Origin: Sphingomonadales bacterium | GTDB taxonomy: Bacteria > Pseudomonadota > Alphaproteobacteria > Sphingomonadales > Sphingomonadaceae | DNA: 64,000 bases | Direction of reading: 5' to 3' | NCBI GenBank assembly: GCA_038328515.1 | Contig: JBBQMB010000001.1 | Location: 2,044-66,043 of the forward strand | Part shown: positions 19,725-27,815 of the stretch, one piece after another | How positions within the stretch are numbered: the first letter of the stretch is position 1 | Layout of the letters: every line of letters starts with the position of its first letter | Notes under the pieces: model-generated | What the model saw: only the letters and a program-made list of their open reading frames with translations | What the model was told of the DNA's origin: nothing | Database searches by the model: none | Position numbers and translations under genes: made by a program

Positions 19725-20666
19725 TCAAAACAGATATTGTTCGGCGATGACTTCGCCGAGTTTGTTATTATCGACGATGAAACGTGTCAGAAATTCATGC
19801 AGGCCATCGGCGAAAATTTTATCGATGTTTGAACTGGCGAGACGGGCGTGTTCGGCAGCGGCCAGCCGGTGCGCCGGCCCGCGTTTGCCGGTGACGCTGG
19901 CAAGTTGGTCGAGATGGCGCAGGATTTCATCATAGCACGAGGCCAGGCTGCGCGGAATCTGGTTATTGAGGATGAGCAGGTCGGCGACCAGCCAGGGTTT
20001 GACCGAATCGCGATAGACCCAGCGATAGGCGGTCATCGCCGAAACGGTGCGCAGGATCGTCGTCCACTGAAAATAATCGAGCGAGCCGCCAACCGTTTCG
20101 CCGCGCGGCAGCAGCAGGTGATATTTCACATCGAGCAGCCGCGCCGAATTATCGGCGCGTTCGATCGCCGACCCGAGGTTGACGAACCAGAAGGCATCGC
20201 CGCGCAACATGGTACGCTGGGCGGCGCCGTGGAAGGCCGAGACCGCATGCTTGACCAGTTCGAGCAGCGGCTCGAGCGCCTCACGGCTGTCGAGATGCGT
20301 GCCATAGCGCGAAACTTCGAGCCAGGCGGTGTTTATCGCCTCCCAGGTTTGCGAGGTTAGGGCTGTGCGCACCGATCGGGCATTGGCGCGCGCTGCCTCG
20401 AGGCATGAACGGATCGATGAGGGATTAGCCGGATCGAGCGTCAAAAATTCGCTGACGTCACGTTCATTGAGGGCAAGGCCACGTTGCTTGTGCGCCTTTG
20501 TCATCCAGGTCGCGGCGAGCGCCGATTCCCACGCGTTGCCGGCACCACCATAAGAGGAGGGCAGGGCGGCCAGCCGCTGGGTCGCCTCGATCAGCCGCGC
20601 GGTGAAATCGGCGCGTTCGAGATAGCGGCCCATCCAGTAGAGGTTCGAAGCAGTGCGGCTCAGCAT
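19725..20666 (-). CDS. Alpha-E domain protein (COG2307/DUF403-like)
   Basis: Starting at ATG 20666 gives MLSRTASNLYWMGRYLERAD, the typical family N-terminus. The track start at 20702 is a GTG that lies inside a repeat element. Confidence 0.8.
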   Translation of the reverse strand: MLSRTASNLYWMGRYLERADFTARLIEATQRLAALPSSYGGAGNAWESALAATWMTKAHKQRGLALNERDVSEFLTLDPANPSSIRSCLEAARANARSVRTALTSQTWEAINTAWLEVSRYGTHLDSREALEPLLELVKHAVSAFHGAAQRTMLRGDAFWFVNLGSAIERADNSARLLDVKYHLLLPRGETVGGSLDYFQWTTILRTVSAMTAYRWVYRDSVKPWLVADLLILNNQIPRSLASCYDEILRHLDQLASVTGKRGPAHRLAAAEHARLASSNIDKIFADGLHEFLTRFIVDNNKLGEVIAEQYLF

Positions 20667-20695
20667 GGTCGGGCATCCGGCGGGGACAGGCGCAA

Positions 20696-20781
20696 CCCCC
20701 ACCCCGCCAGGGGAAGGGAGGTTATTCCCTCCTGCTTGCGGGAGGGGCGAGAGACGCGCGCAGCGCGGCCCGGGGTGGGGG
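20696..20781. repeat. Nested GC-rich palindromic repeat between the ATP-grasp and alpha-E genes
   Basis: The outer arms CCCCCACCCCG / CGGGGTGGGGG enclose the inner hairpins GGGAGG-TTATT-CCCTCC and CCTCC-TGCTTGC-GGGAGG. All were read directly from the sequence. Confidence 0.6.
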
Positions 20782-20793
20782 TGACACGCACCG

Positions 20794-22248
20794 TCATTCG
20801 TCCACCACCCACGTATCCTTCGTCCCCCCGCCTTGCGATGAATTGACCACCAGCGACCCCGGCGTCATCGCCACCCGGGTCAACCCGCCGGGCACGATTT
20901 TGACGTCATGGGCGCCGGTGAGCACGAACGGCCGCAAATCGACATGGCGCGGGGCGATGCCGCTGTCGGTCGCCGTCGGGCAGGTCGATAGCGCCAGCGT
21001 GGGTTGGGCAATGAATTTCTCTGGATGCGCTTTCAGCTTGGCAGCGAACGCCGCCAGTGTCGCTTGTGGCGCGTGTGGGCCGATCAACATGCCATAGCCG
21101 CCCGAACCATCGACTTCCTTGACGACCAGCTCGGCGAGATGATCGAGCACATAGCCCAGCGCGTCGGGTTCGCGGCAACGCCACGTCGGGACGTTTTTCA
21201 ATATCGGTTCTTCGCCGGTATAAAAGCGCACTATCTCTGGCATATAGCTATAAATCGCCTTGTCATCGGCAACGCCTGTACCAACCGCATTGGCGAGTGT
21301 GACATTGCCGGCATGATAGGCCGACATCAGGCCAGGCACGCCCAGCATCGAGCCAGGGTTGAAAACCAGCGGATCAATAAAGGCATCATCGAGACGGCGG
21401 TAAATGACGTCCACGCGTTCCGGCCCCTCGGTGGTCCGCATGAAAACGACATCGTCGCGGACAAACAGGTCGGAGCCTTCGACCAGTTCGATGCCCAATT
21501 TGTCGGCAAGGAAACTGTGTTCGTAAAAGGCGCTGTTGTGGCGGCCGGGGGTGAGCAGAACGCACACGGGCGCCCGTCCGCCGATGCCGGGGCGCGGGCT
21601 GACCGAAGCCAGCGTTTCGAGCAGCGCTTCGGGATAGGTTTCGACCGGTGCGACCTTGACCTGGTCGAAAAGTTCGGGGACCAGTTTGAGCATCACTTCG
21701 CGATTTTCGAGCATGTATGACACCCCGGACGGCGTCCGGGCATTGTCTTCGAGCACGTAAAATTCATGGGGGCTGGTGCGGACAAGATCGATCCCGGCGA
21801 TATGCGTCCACACGCCGCCAGGTGGCTTGCGGCCGACCATGTGCAGGCAATAGCCGGGGTTTTGCAGCACGAGTTCTTCGGGCACGATACCAGCGCGCAG
21901 GATTTCGCGGGCACCATAAACATCACCCAGAAAGGCATTGAGCGCGCGCACCCGCTGTTTCAAGCCGCGTTCGAGCTCATTCCATTCGGCGCGGGCGAGG
22001 ATGCGCGGCACTATATCGAAAGGGATAAGCCGTTCGGCGGCATCGGGATCGCCATAGACGGCAAAAGTGATACCGATACGGCGAAAGAACAATTCCGCTT
22101 GCCGACGCCGCGCCGCCATCAATTCCGGCGGCGACTGGTCAAGCCAATTGTGTATCGAACGATAGGCGGTGCTGACCGACATCCCGTCAGCACGGCCATA
22201 ATCGCCACTGCTGCCGTACATTTCGTCAAAGGCTGAAACCGCCGCCAT
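20794..22248 (-). CDS. Circularly permuted type-2 ATP-grasp protein (COG2308/DUF404-DUF407-like)
   Basis: The protein is 484 aa. Segments such as GIDLVRTSPHEFYVLEDNARTPSGVSYMLENR and LANAVGTGVADDKAIY are typical of this family. A GGGAG Shine-Dalgarno precedes the ATG at 22248. Confidence 0.85.
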   Translation of the reverse strand: MAAVSAFDEMYGSSGDYGRADGMSVSTAYRSIHNWLDQSPPELMAARRRQAELFFRRIGITFAVYGDPDAAERLIPFDIVPRILARAEWNELERGLKQRVRALNAFLGDVYGAREILRAGIVPEELVLQNPGYCLHMVGRKPPGGVWTHIAGIDLVRTSPHEFYVLEDNARTPSGVSYMLENREVMLKLVPELFDQVKVAPVETYPEALLETLASVSPRPGIGGRAPVCVLLTPGRHNSAFYEHSFLADKLGIELVEGSDLFVRDDVVFMRTTEGPERVDVIYRRLDDAFIDPLVFNPGSMLGVPGLMSAYHAGNVTLANAVGTGVADDKAIYSYMPEIVRFYTGEEPILKNVPTWRCREPDALGYVLDHLAELVVKEVDGSGGYGMLIGPHAPQATLAAFAAKLKAHPEKFIAQPTLALSTCPTATDSGIAPRHVDLRPFVLTGAHDVKIVPGGLTRVAMTPGSLVVNSSQGGGTKDTWVVDE

Positions 22249-22255
22249 TGCTGCT

Positions 22256-22298
22256 CCCTGTCGCTGCCTGGAACATAGTGTGCAGTGCAGCGACAGGG
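22256..22298. promoter_or_regulatory. Perfect 12-bp inverted repeat (GCAGCGACAGGG / CCCTGTCGCTGC, 19-nt spacer) abutting the ribosome-binding site of the ATP-grasp gene
   Basis: In the mRNA sense the sequence is CCCTGTCGCTGC-N19-GCAGCGACAGGG-AGCAGCA-ATG. The 3' arm contains part of the GGGAG Shine-Dalgarno. Whether it acts as an RNA hairpin or as a DNA operator is unresolved. Confidence 0.4.
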
Positions 22299-22356
22299 CG
22301 CAAGTTTATTGTTGGGGTTGACGGGTATTAGCCGCGTTTGTTGCCTGAGTTGCCGA

Positions 22357-23613
22357 TCAGTCTGGCCGTTCGTTCTGATTCTCGCGCGCCGGCGCCGGCG
22401 GTCGCTGTGCCGGCGTTTCGCGACGCGGCGGTGGTTGGGCTTCGTATCGCGGCGACGGTTGCATTTGTGGCTGTTGCCGGGGCTGTTGCATCTGCGGGGG
22501 CGGTGATTGACGATTGCGGAAATCGCCGCCACCGCCACCGCCGCCACCGCTTGGTATCGGCATGGTCGTCACACCAGGATCGCGCGGTGCTTGCCCGCGA
22601 TTGCCGCCCATTGGCCGGCGATCGCCATCCGGGCGTGGTTGCCCTGGCGGCTGGTAGCGTTGTTGCCCATCCGGCGCGCGCTGCTGGTCGCGGCGACCTT
22701 GCCATTGGCCTATGCTGCCATCCGGACGCTGGCGGCCCTCCCATTGGCCACCCGTGCCATCCGGGCGCTGGCGTGCCTGCCAATTTTCATCCCGGCCCGG
22801 GAAGCGGCGGTAATCGGGGCGCTGATCATTGCCGCGATCGCTATCGAAGCGCGGCCGCGGCCTGACGTCACCGGGTTGTTGCCCCGAACGTTGATCCCGC
22901 CGCGCATTGCCGGCGCGGTTCCACCCGTAATAGCCGGGTTGGCCATTCCAGCCGGAAAAGCGCTGCCACTGGCTGGTGCGCCAATAATCGCGACCGCTCT
23001 GCCAAGGCAGGATTCCACCGCCAAAGCCCGGGCGATACAGCGTGGTGCGCGGCACCCAGACCCAGCTGGGCCCATACCAGTTGTTCCAGTCATTATAGCC
23101 CCCGCCATTGCCAAAGCCGATGGAGACCGAATAATTCACCGCCGGCGGGATCGGGGCCCAGCCGGCGACTTGCGCATCCTCGCGCCAGGCAACCCATGAT
23201 GGCGCCCATTCGGTGCCCGGCACCCAGGCCCAGCCGATGTCCTCATCAAAGCCCCAGCGACCATAATGATCGGTTGCCCAACCCCAGGGATCGTCCGAAA
23301 TCCACAGGCGATTATCGCCCCAGCGGCCGTTGACATAGGGGCGCCAATCTTGCCGGACCGCAGGTACGAAGGCATAGCCAAAGCGCGTATCCGACCAGCG
23401 GCCATAGCGTGCCAACGGGCCGTAAAACAGCTCGACCGAGGCGATATTCTGGCCGCCGAACAAGTCGCCCGGCTGTTCGAAATCGCCGCTGCCAAGGCCA
23501 TTGTCATAGCCGGGCGGATAGCTTGGCGCATAGCCACTGGCATAATCATAAGCACAGCCCGACATGAGGAGCAGCGCAGGAACGAGAAATGTCAGGCGGC
23601 GCAACGTCAACAT
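22357..23613 (-). CDS. Lipoprotein with a Trp-rich (DUF6600-like) domain and a long Pro/Arg/Gln/Gly-rich disordered tail
   Basis: The lipobox is LLLMSGC. The N-terminal half is W-rich (GRWGDNRLWISDDPWGWATDHYGRWGFDEDIGWAWVPGTEWAPSWVAWRE). The C-terminal 200 aa are low complexity and include a G8 run and two tandem 13-aa units. The DUF6600 assignment is from memory. Confidence 0.7.
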   Translation of the reverse strand: MLTLRRLTFLVPALLLMSGCAYDYASGYAPSYPPGYDNGLGSGDFEQPGDLFGGQNIASVELFYGPLARYGRWSDTRFGYAFVPAVRQDWRPYVNGRWGDNRLWISDDPWGWATDHYGRWGFDEDIGWAWVPGTEWAPSWVAWREDAQVAGWAPIPPAVNYSVSIGFGNGGGYNDWNNWYGPSWVWVPRTTLYRPGFGGGILPWQSGRDYWRTSQWQRFSGWNGQPGYYGWNRAGNARRDQRSGQQPGDVRPRPRFDSDRGNDQRPDYRRFPGRDENWQARQRPDGTGGQWEGRQRPDGSIGQWQGRRDQQRAPDGQQRYQPPGQPRPDGDRRPMGGNRGQAPRDPGVTTMPIPSGGGGGGGGDFRNRQSPPPQMQQPRQQPQMQPSPRYEAQPPPRRETPAQRPPAPARENQNERPD

Positions 23614-23717
23614 GGAAGAATTTCCTTAGCGAAACTGTGCCTAATCTAGGCAATGATGGCTGTCGGTGCGATGAATGGACCAGGCCTTGCGAAAGGTCAT
23701 GAAAAAGGGTGCGCAGG

Positions 23718-24416
23718 ATGATGAGCAATCGGCATCTCGAACGGCATCTGGTGGCGCGGATCGGCTGGTTGCGCGCTGCCGTGCTGGGCGCCAATGATGG
23801 GATTGTTTCCACCGCCAGTCTGATCGTGGGGGTCGCTGCCGCGGCGGCGGGGCGCAGCGAAATTCTGGTCGCCGGCGCTGCCGGTCTGGTCGCTGGTGCC
23901 ATGTCGATGGCCGCGGGCGAATATGTGTCCGTGAGCAGCCAGGCCGATACCGAGGCTGCCGATCTGGCCCGCGAATCTGCCGAACTCGCCAGCGCACCCG
24001 AAGCGGAACTGGCAGAGCTAGCCGGCCTTTATCGGGCGCGCGGCATCGATCCCGACACAGCCAATCTGGTGGCGCGGCAGTTGATGGCGGGCAATGCACT
24101 TGCCGCCCACGCCCGAGACGAATTGGGCATTTCCGATTTTACCACGGCGCGCCCGGTGCAGGCGGCGCTGACATCGGCGCTGACGTTCACACTGGGGGCG
24201 GCGATGCCGTTGGCGATGGTTATCGTGCTGCCAAGGGCCTGGCTTGTTCTGGGCGTATCGGCGGCGTCGCTGCTGTTTCTGGCCGTGCTTGGCGCGATCG
24301 GCGCACGCGCTGGTGGCGCCAACATTGTCCGGGCGACCGCGCGCGTTACGTTTTGGGGGGCACTGGCGATGGGACTGACGGCCGGTATCGGCCGGCTGGT
24401 CGGCACAGCGGTGTAG
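23718..24416 (+). CDS. VIT1/CCC1 family iron/manganese transporter
   Basis: The motif WLRAAVLGANDGIVSTASLIVGVAAA is followed by an acidic cytoplasmic loop and C-terminal TM segments. The track start at 23709 is a GTG; ATGs occur at 23718 and 23721. Confidence 0.85.
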   Translation: MMSNRHLERHLVARIGWLRAAVLGANDGIVSTASLIVGVAAAAAGRSEILVAGAAGLVAGAMSMAAGEYVSVSSQADTEAADLARESAELASAPEAELAELAGLYRARGIDPDTANLVARQLMAGNALAAHARDELGISDFTTARPVQAALTSALTFTLGAAMPLAMVIVLPRAWLVLGVSAASLLFLAVLGAIGARAGGANIVRATARVTFWGALAMGLTAGIGRLVGTAV

Positions 24417-24439
24417 TGCCAGCAACAACCGGGTTGCGC

Positions 24440-24514
24440 TGGCTCCGCGGGTAGGATTCGAACCTACGACCAGACGATTAACAGTCGTCTGCTCTACCAC
24501 TGAGCTACCGCGGA
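24440..24514 (-). tRNA. tRNA-Asn (anticodon GUU)
   Basis: I folded the cloverleaf by hand. The acceptor stem is TCCGCGG/CCGCGGA, the D stem GCTC/GAGC and the anticodon stem GACGA/TCGTC. The anticodon loop is CTGTTAA, the T arm is GTAGG-TTCGAAT-CCTAC, the discriminator is G, and CCA is encoded. Confidence 0.97.
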
Positions 24515-24666
24515 ACAGCGCAAGGTGGCGGGCTATAGCGGGGTCGGATGCGGGGGGCAAGGGATTTGGCGAAATCTTCTGTACCGGTGCCAAATCTGCT
24601 GACTTCGCGTCGATGTGCGCCGCTAATGGTTGCCAAGCGTTGGCCTGTCGCGCATCACGACCGTCC

Positions 24667-25776
24667 ATGACCGACCGATCATCCGCAGATGGAAGCCCTG
24701 TTGTTCACCCCGATGACCCGACCCCCACAGCGGAACCGCCGGCCATGACGACAGGTCCGGCACCGGTCGGTGTCGTGCTGGTCAATTGGAACCGCTGGCG
24801 CGATACCGTCGAAGTGTTGGAATCACTGCTGCGCAGCACGGTGCCGTTGCGGGTGATCGTTGTTGATAATGCCTCTGCAGACGGATCGCTCGACCAGATC
24901 GAGGCATGGGCGCGCGGGGATCTACCGGTTGAACCGGCATCAAAAGCGATGGCGCGATTTTCTTCCCCCGCACTGCCAAAGCCGGTGGCGGTGCGCAGGC
25001 TGGGGCCGGGCGACCTGGCAACGGCGGTATCGACGCCCACCGATGGCGTCACATTGGTCGATTCGGGCGGCAATCTGGGGTTTGCCGGCGGCAACAATGT
25101 CGGGCTGAAACTGCTGCTCACTGACCCTGTGATCGAATGTTTCTGGTTGCTCAATAACGACACGGTGGTCGAGGCCGACAGCGCCGAACAACTGGCGCAC
25201 ACCATGGCGATGACGCCGCGCATCGGCATGTGCGGCACCGTGGTGCGATTTTATTGGTCACCCGATATGGTGCAGGCGCTCAACGGCAATCGGTTCAACA
25301 TCTGGACCGGTGCCGGCGAGGCGATCCATGGCCGCTTGTCAGCCAGCACGCCGTTCGATGCAGCAACGGTTGCAGCCGCGACTGATTTTGTGCTGGGCGC
25401 TTCGATCGCCGTCAGCCGCGATTTTCTCGAAAATGTCGGCCTGATGGAAGACAGCTATTTCCTTTATTTCGAAGAAATTGATTGGGCGGTGCGCAACCGC
25501 AGGCGCGGCGCCGAGCGCTTTGTCACGGCCTTTGCGGCTGGCGCGACCGTTTATCACAAGGAAGGCGGCTCGATCGGATCGTCAGGCGTCAAGGGCCAGC
25601 GCAGCGTCATGTCGGACTATTGGCTGAACCGTTCGCGGCTGGCGTTCATCAGGCGCCACTACCCGTTGTTGCTGCCCTGGCATTGGTTTTTTACCCTGGC
25701 GATCATCGTGCGGCGGTTGTTGCGGCGCCAGCCGGAAAAGGCGCGGGCGATCCTGAAGGCGTTGACCGGCGGCTGA
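24667..25776 (+). CDS. Glycosyltransferase family 2 protein (rhamnosyltransferase-like)
   Basis: Motifs VGVVLVNWNRWRDTVE, VVDNASADGS and GGNLGFAGGNNVG are present. The start is uncertain: ATGs occur at 24613, 24667 and 24745, and none has a clear Shine-Dalgarno. Confidence 0.8.
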   Translation: MTDRSSADGSPVVHPDDPTPTAEPPAMTTGPAPVGVVLVNWNRWRDTVEVLESLLRSTVPLRVIVVDNASADGSLDQIEAWARGDLPVEPASKAMARFSSPALPKPVAVRRLGPGDLATAVSTPTDGVTLVDSGGNLGFAGGNNVGLKLLLTDPVIECFWLLNNDTVVEADSAEQLAHTMAMTPRIGMCGTVVRFYWSPDMVQALNGNRFNIWTGAGEAIHGRLSASTPFDAATVAAATDFVLGASIAVSRDFLENVGLMEDSYFLYFEEIDWAVRNRRRGAERFVTAFAAGATVYHKEGGSIGSSGVKGQRSVMSDYWLNRSRLAFIRRHYPLLLPWHWFFTLAIIVRRLLRRQPEKARAILKALTGG

Positions 25777-25863
25777 CATTATCGCTGTTGAGAACCACTT
25801 GCAATTGTCGCGACGACCGGCGATAGTGATTCGCAACAGCAGTTTCAGTGTGAGGCTCGTCCG

Positions 25864-26031
25864 GTGATTGTTTGTGTCTGCAATGCCCTGCGTGACCAGC
25901 AGGTTCGGGCCGCCGGCCATGCGCTGCAAAGTGCTTGTCCGCGATCGGCCTATGCGCATCTGGGGTGCAAGCCCAAATGCGGCCAGTGCCTGCCTTATGC
26001 GCGGCAGGTGCTCGCGGGGGCGACGCGCTGA
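25864..26031 (+). CDS. bfd: Bacterioferritin-associated ferredoxin (Bfd-like 2Fe-2S protein)
   Basis: I translated this by hand from a GTG start: (M)IVCVCNALRDQQVRAAGH...AYAHLGCKPKCGQCLPYARQVLAGATR. The Cys pattern is CxC...CxxC and the protein is 55 aa. It lies directly upstream of bfr. It is below the length cut-off of the ORF track. Confidence 0.8.
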   Translation: MIVCVCNALRDQQVRAAGHALQSACPRSAYAHLGCKPKCGQCLPYARQVLAGATR

Positions 26032-26134
26032 TACAGGCGCTGATGGCAATCTGTCACAATAACGATATTGGTCGACGGCTGGTGGTGGCGCTATGCTGAC
26101 GCCTCGGCTGACGACAGCAGCGAAAGGACCAACC

Positions 26135-26614
26135 ATGCGTGGTGATACCAAAGTCATCGAATTTCTCAACGCCGTGCTCAAGGGCGAACTGACCGCGGTC
26201 AACCAATATTGGCTGCATTATCGCACGCTTGATAATCTGGGTATTGCCAAGCTCGCGGCACATTCACGCCACGAATCGATCGATGAAATGAAGCATGCCG
26301 ATGCGTTGATCGAGCGGATTTTCTTCCTCGACGGGTTCCCGGGAATGCAGCAACTCAACCGGTTGCGCATCGGCGAGACGGTGCCTGAAATTCTGCAGGC
26401 CGATCTCGATCTCGAACATGATGCGGTCGCGCTGTTGCGCGATGCCGTTGCCCATTGCGAAACGGTGCGGGATTTTCCCAGCCGGGACCTGTTTGCCAGC
26501 ATTCTTGCTTCCGAAGAGGAGCATATCGACTTTATCGAGACCCAGCAGACGATGATCAGCCAGATGGGGCTGCAGAATTATCTGCAGTTGCAATCGGATC
26601 CCGCCGGCAGTTGA
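26135..26614 (+). CDS. bfr: Bacterioferritin
   Basis: The N-terminus is MRGDTKVIEFLNAVLKGELTAVNQYWLHYR, and the protein is 159 aa. An AAAGGA Shine-Dalgarno precedes the ATG at 26135. Confidence 0.95.
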   Translation: MRGDTKVIEFLNAVLKGELTAVNQYWLHYRTLDNLGIAKLAAHSRHESIDEMKHADALIERIFFLDGFPGMQQLNRLRIGETVPEILQADLDLEHDAVALLRDAVAHCETVRDFPSRDLFASILASEEEHIDFIETQQTMISQMGLQNYLQLQSDPAGS

Positions 26615-26636
26615 GCCGCGCCTGGTCGCTGGCCAA

Positions 26637-26674
26637 TAAAAAACCCGCCACCGGATCCGGTGGCGGGCTTTTTT
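26637..26674. terminator. Bidirectional rho-independent terminator
   Basis: The sequence is AAAAAAA-CCCGCCACCGGA/TCCGGTGGCGGG-CTTTTTT, a perfect 12-bp palindromic stem flanked by an A-run and a T-run. It lies between convergent genes. Confidence 0.85.
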
Positions 26675-26684
26675 GTGTCATGCA

Positions 26685-27815
26685 TCAGCTTTTGATGGCG
26701 CCGCGTGAGCTGGCGAACAGCACCCAAAGGTCTGCAATGTCCTTCATGCCATTGCTGTCGCTGACAGCGGCAAAGCTGGCACGGCCCAGCGGCACATTGC
26801 CAGCGCGCAGCGCCGCAATGCCCTTGAAGACCTTGGCCTGGTCGGCGTCACTGGCTTTGGCTGCGATCGCCTTGTCAAAGGCGGCGATTGCCTGGGGATA
26901 TTGGCCAAGACCAAGATAGGCGTTGCCGCCGCGCACGGCCGTTGCGGTGGATGCCGCAAGTCTGGGCGCTTCGGTGGCGGCTTTGGCGTTCATGCTGGCA
27001 GCGGCCTGGCCAAGTTTTTGCGCCATGGCGTCGCCACTGCTGCCGCCGCCCTTGGCGAGCGCACCGGCGGCGATGCCGGCCTGATTGGCGACGAGGGCGA
27101 GTTTGGCGAATTCCTGATAGTCTTCGGCCTTGCTCAGCGTGCTGGTGGCGCTCATCAAATGGTAAAGTGCCAGTTTGGCCTCGGGGCGCATCTGGCTCTG
27201 GCGGAAGGCGGTGAGCAACGTGTTCCAGCGCGCTGGTGATGAATCGACCCGGATCAACTGGGTGGTGGTGGCGAGATAGCCTTTCTTGTCACCAGATTTA
27301 TATTGGGCGCCGGCGAGGTTTTCGAGGTAAACTGACTTGGCGCCATTGGCACGGATCAGCGCCTGATAGGCCTTTACGGCTTCGCCGGGCCGGCCAAGAC
27401 GCGTTTGCGCCTGAGCGATCAGAATCTGCATGTCTTCACCGCCGGCCTTGCGGGCTTCGGTGATGGCGCGATCATATTGGCCAGCCTGGTAATATAGCGG
27501 GGCAATCTGGCGCGGGCTGGCGCCAGTGCTCGAAAGCGCTGCTGCCGCATCGCCGTAGCGACCGGCGCGGGTGTAAACATAGGCTGCCATCTGCGCCGTC
27601 TTGGTTTTTTCCTCTGCGGTACTGGCAGCGGCCGTTGCGGTTCGGATCGCGCTGATCGCGGCGCCGCTGTTTCCCGACTTGGCGGCCGCTGCCGCCTGGT
27701 TGAGCGCCTTGCCGACTGCCGATGACACAGCGGCATTTGCCGGCATTGCCGCAAACAGCGCCGCGGCCAGAACCGGGGCAAGCAAACGGGAGAAGGCGGG
27801 GGCGTTACGGTGCAT
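26685..27815 (-). CDS. Secreted alanine-rich protein with TPR-like helical repeats (hypothetical)
   Basis: The signal peptide ends in AMPANA. Repeated helical A/Y/G-rich units resemble TPR repeats (AYVYTRAGRYGDAA, YYQAGQYDRAI, GNAYLGLGQYPQAIAAFDKAI). A GAGGGA Shine-Dalgarno favours the ATG at 27815. Confidence 0.6.
   Translation of the reverse strand: MHRNAPAFSRLLAPVLAAALFAAMPANAAVSSAVGKALNQAAAAAKSGNSGAAISAIRTATAAASTAEEKTKTAQMAAYVYTRAGRYGDAAAALSSTGASPRQIAPLYYQAGQYDRAITEARKAGGEDMQILIAQAQTRLGRPGEAVKAYQALIRANGAKSVYLENLAGAQYKSGDKKGYLATTTQLIRVDSSPARWNTLLTAFRQSQMRPEAKLALYHLMSATSTLSKAEDYQEFAKLALVANQAGIAAGALAKGGGSSGDAMAQKLGQAAASMNAKAATEAPRLAASTATAVRGGNAYLGLGQYPQAIAAFDKAIAAKASDADQAKVFKGIAALRAGNVPLGRASFAAVSDSNGMKDIADLWVLFASSRGAIKS

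Noticed and set aside
22520-22550. GCC/ACC triplet tract (encoding G8 on the minus strand) as a phase-variation simple repeat
   Set aside because: The repeat unit is 3 nt, so slippage would stay in frame. The tract is short and interrupted.
24417-24666. tRNA-Asn as an integration site for a genomic island
   Set aside because: There is no integrase on either side. I could not find a direct repeat of the tRNA 3' end nearby. The flanking genes (VIT transporter, GT2, bfd-bfr) have ordinary composition.
25777-25863. Fur or Irr box upstream of bfd-bfr (GATAGTGATTCGCAAC)
   Set aside because: By eye it matches about 10 of 16 positions of the GATAATGATAATCATT-type consensus, and it has no clear dyad symmetry. 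That is too weak to call without a position weight matrix for this lineage.
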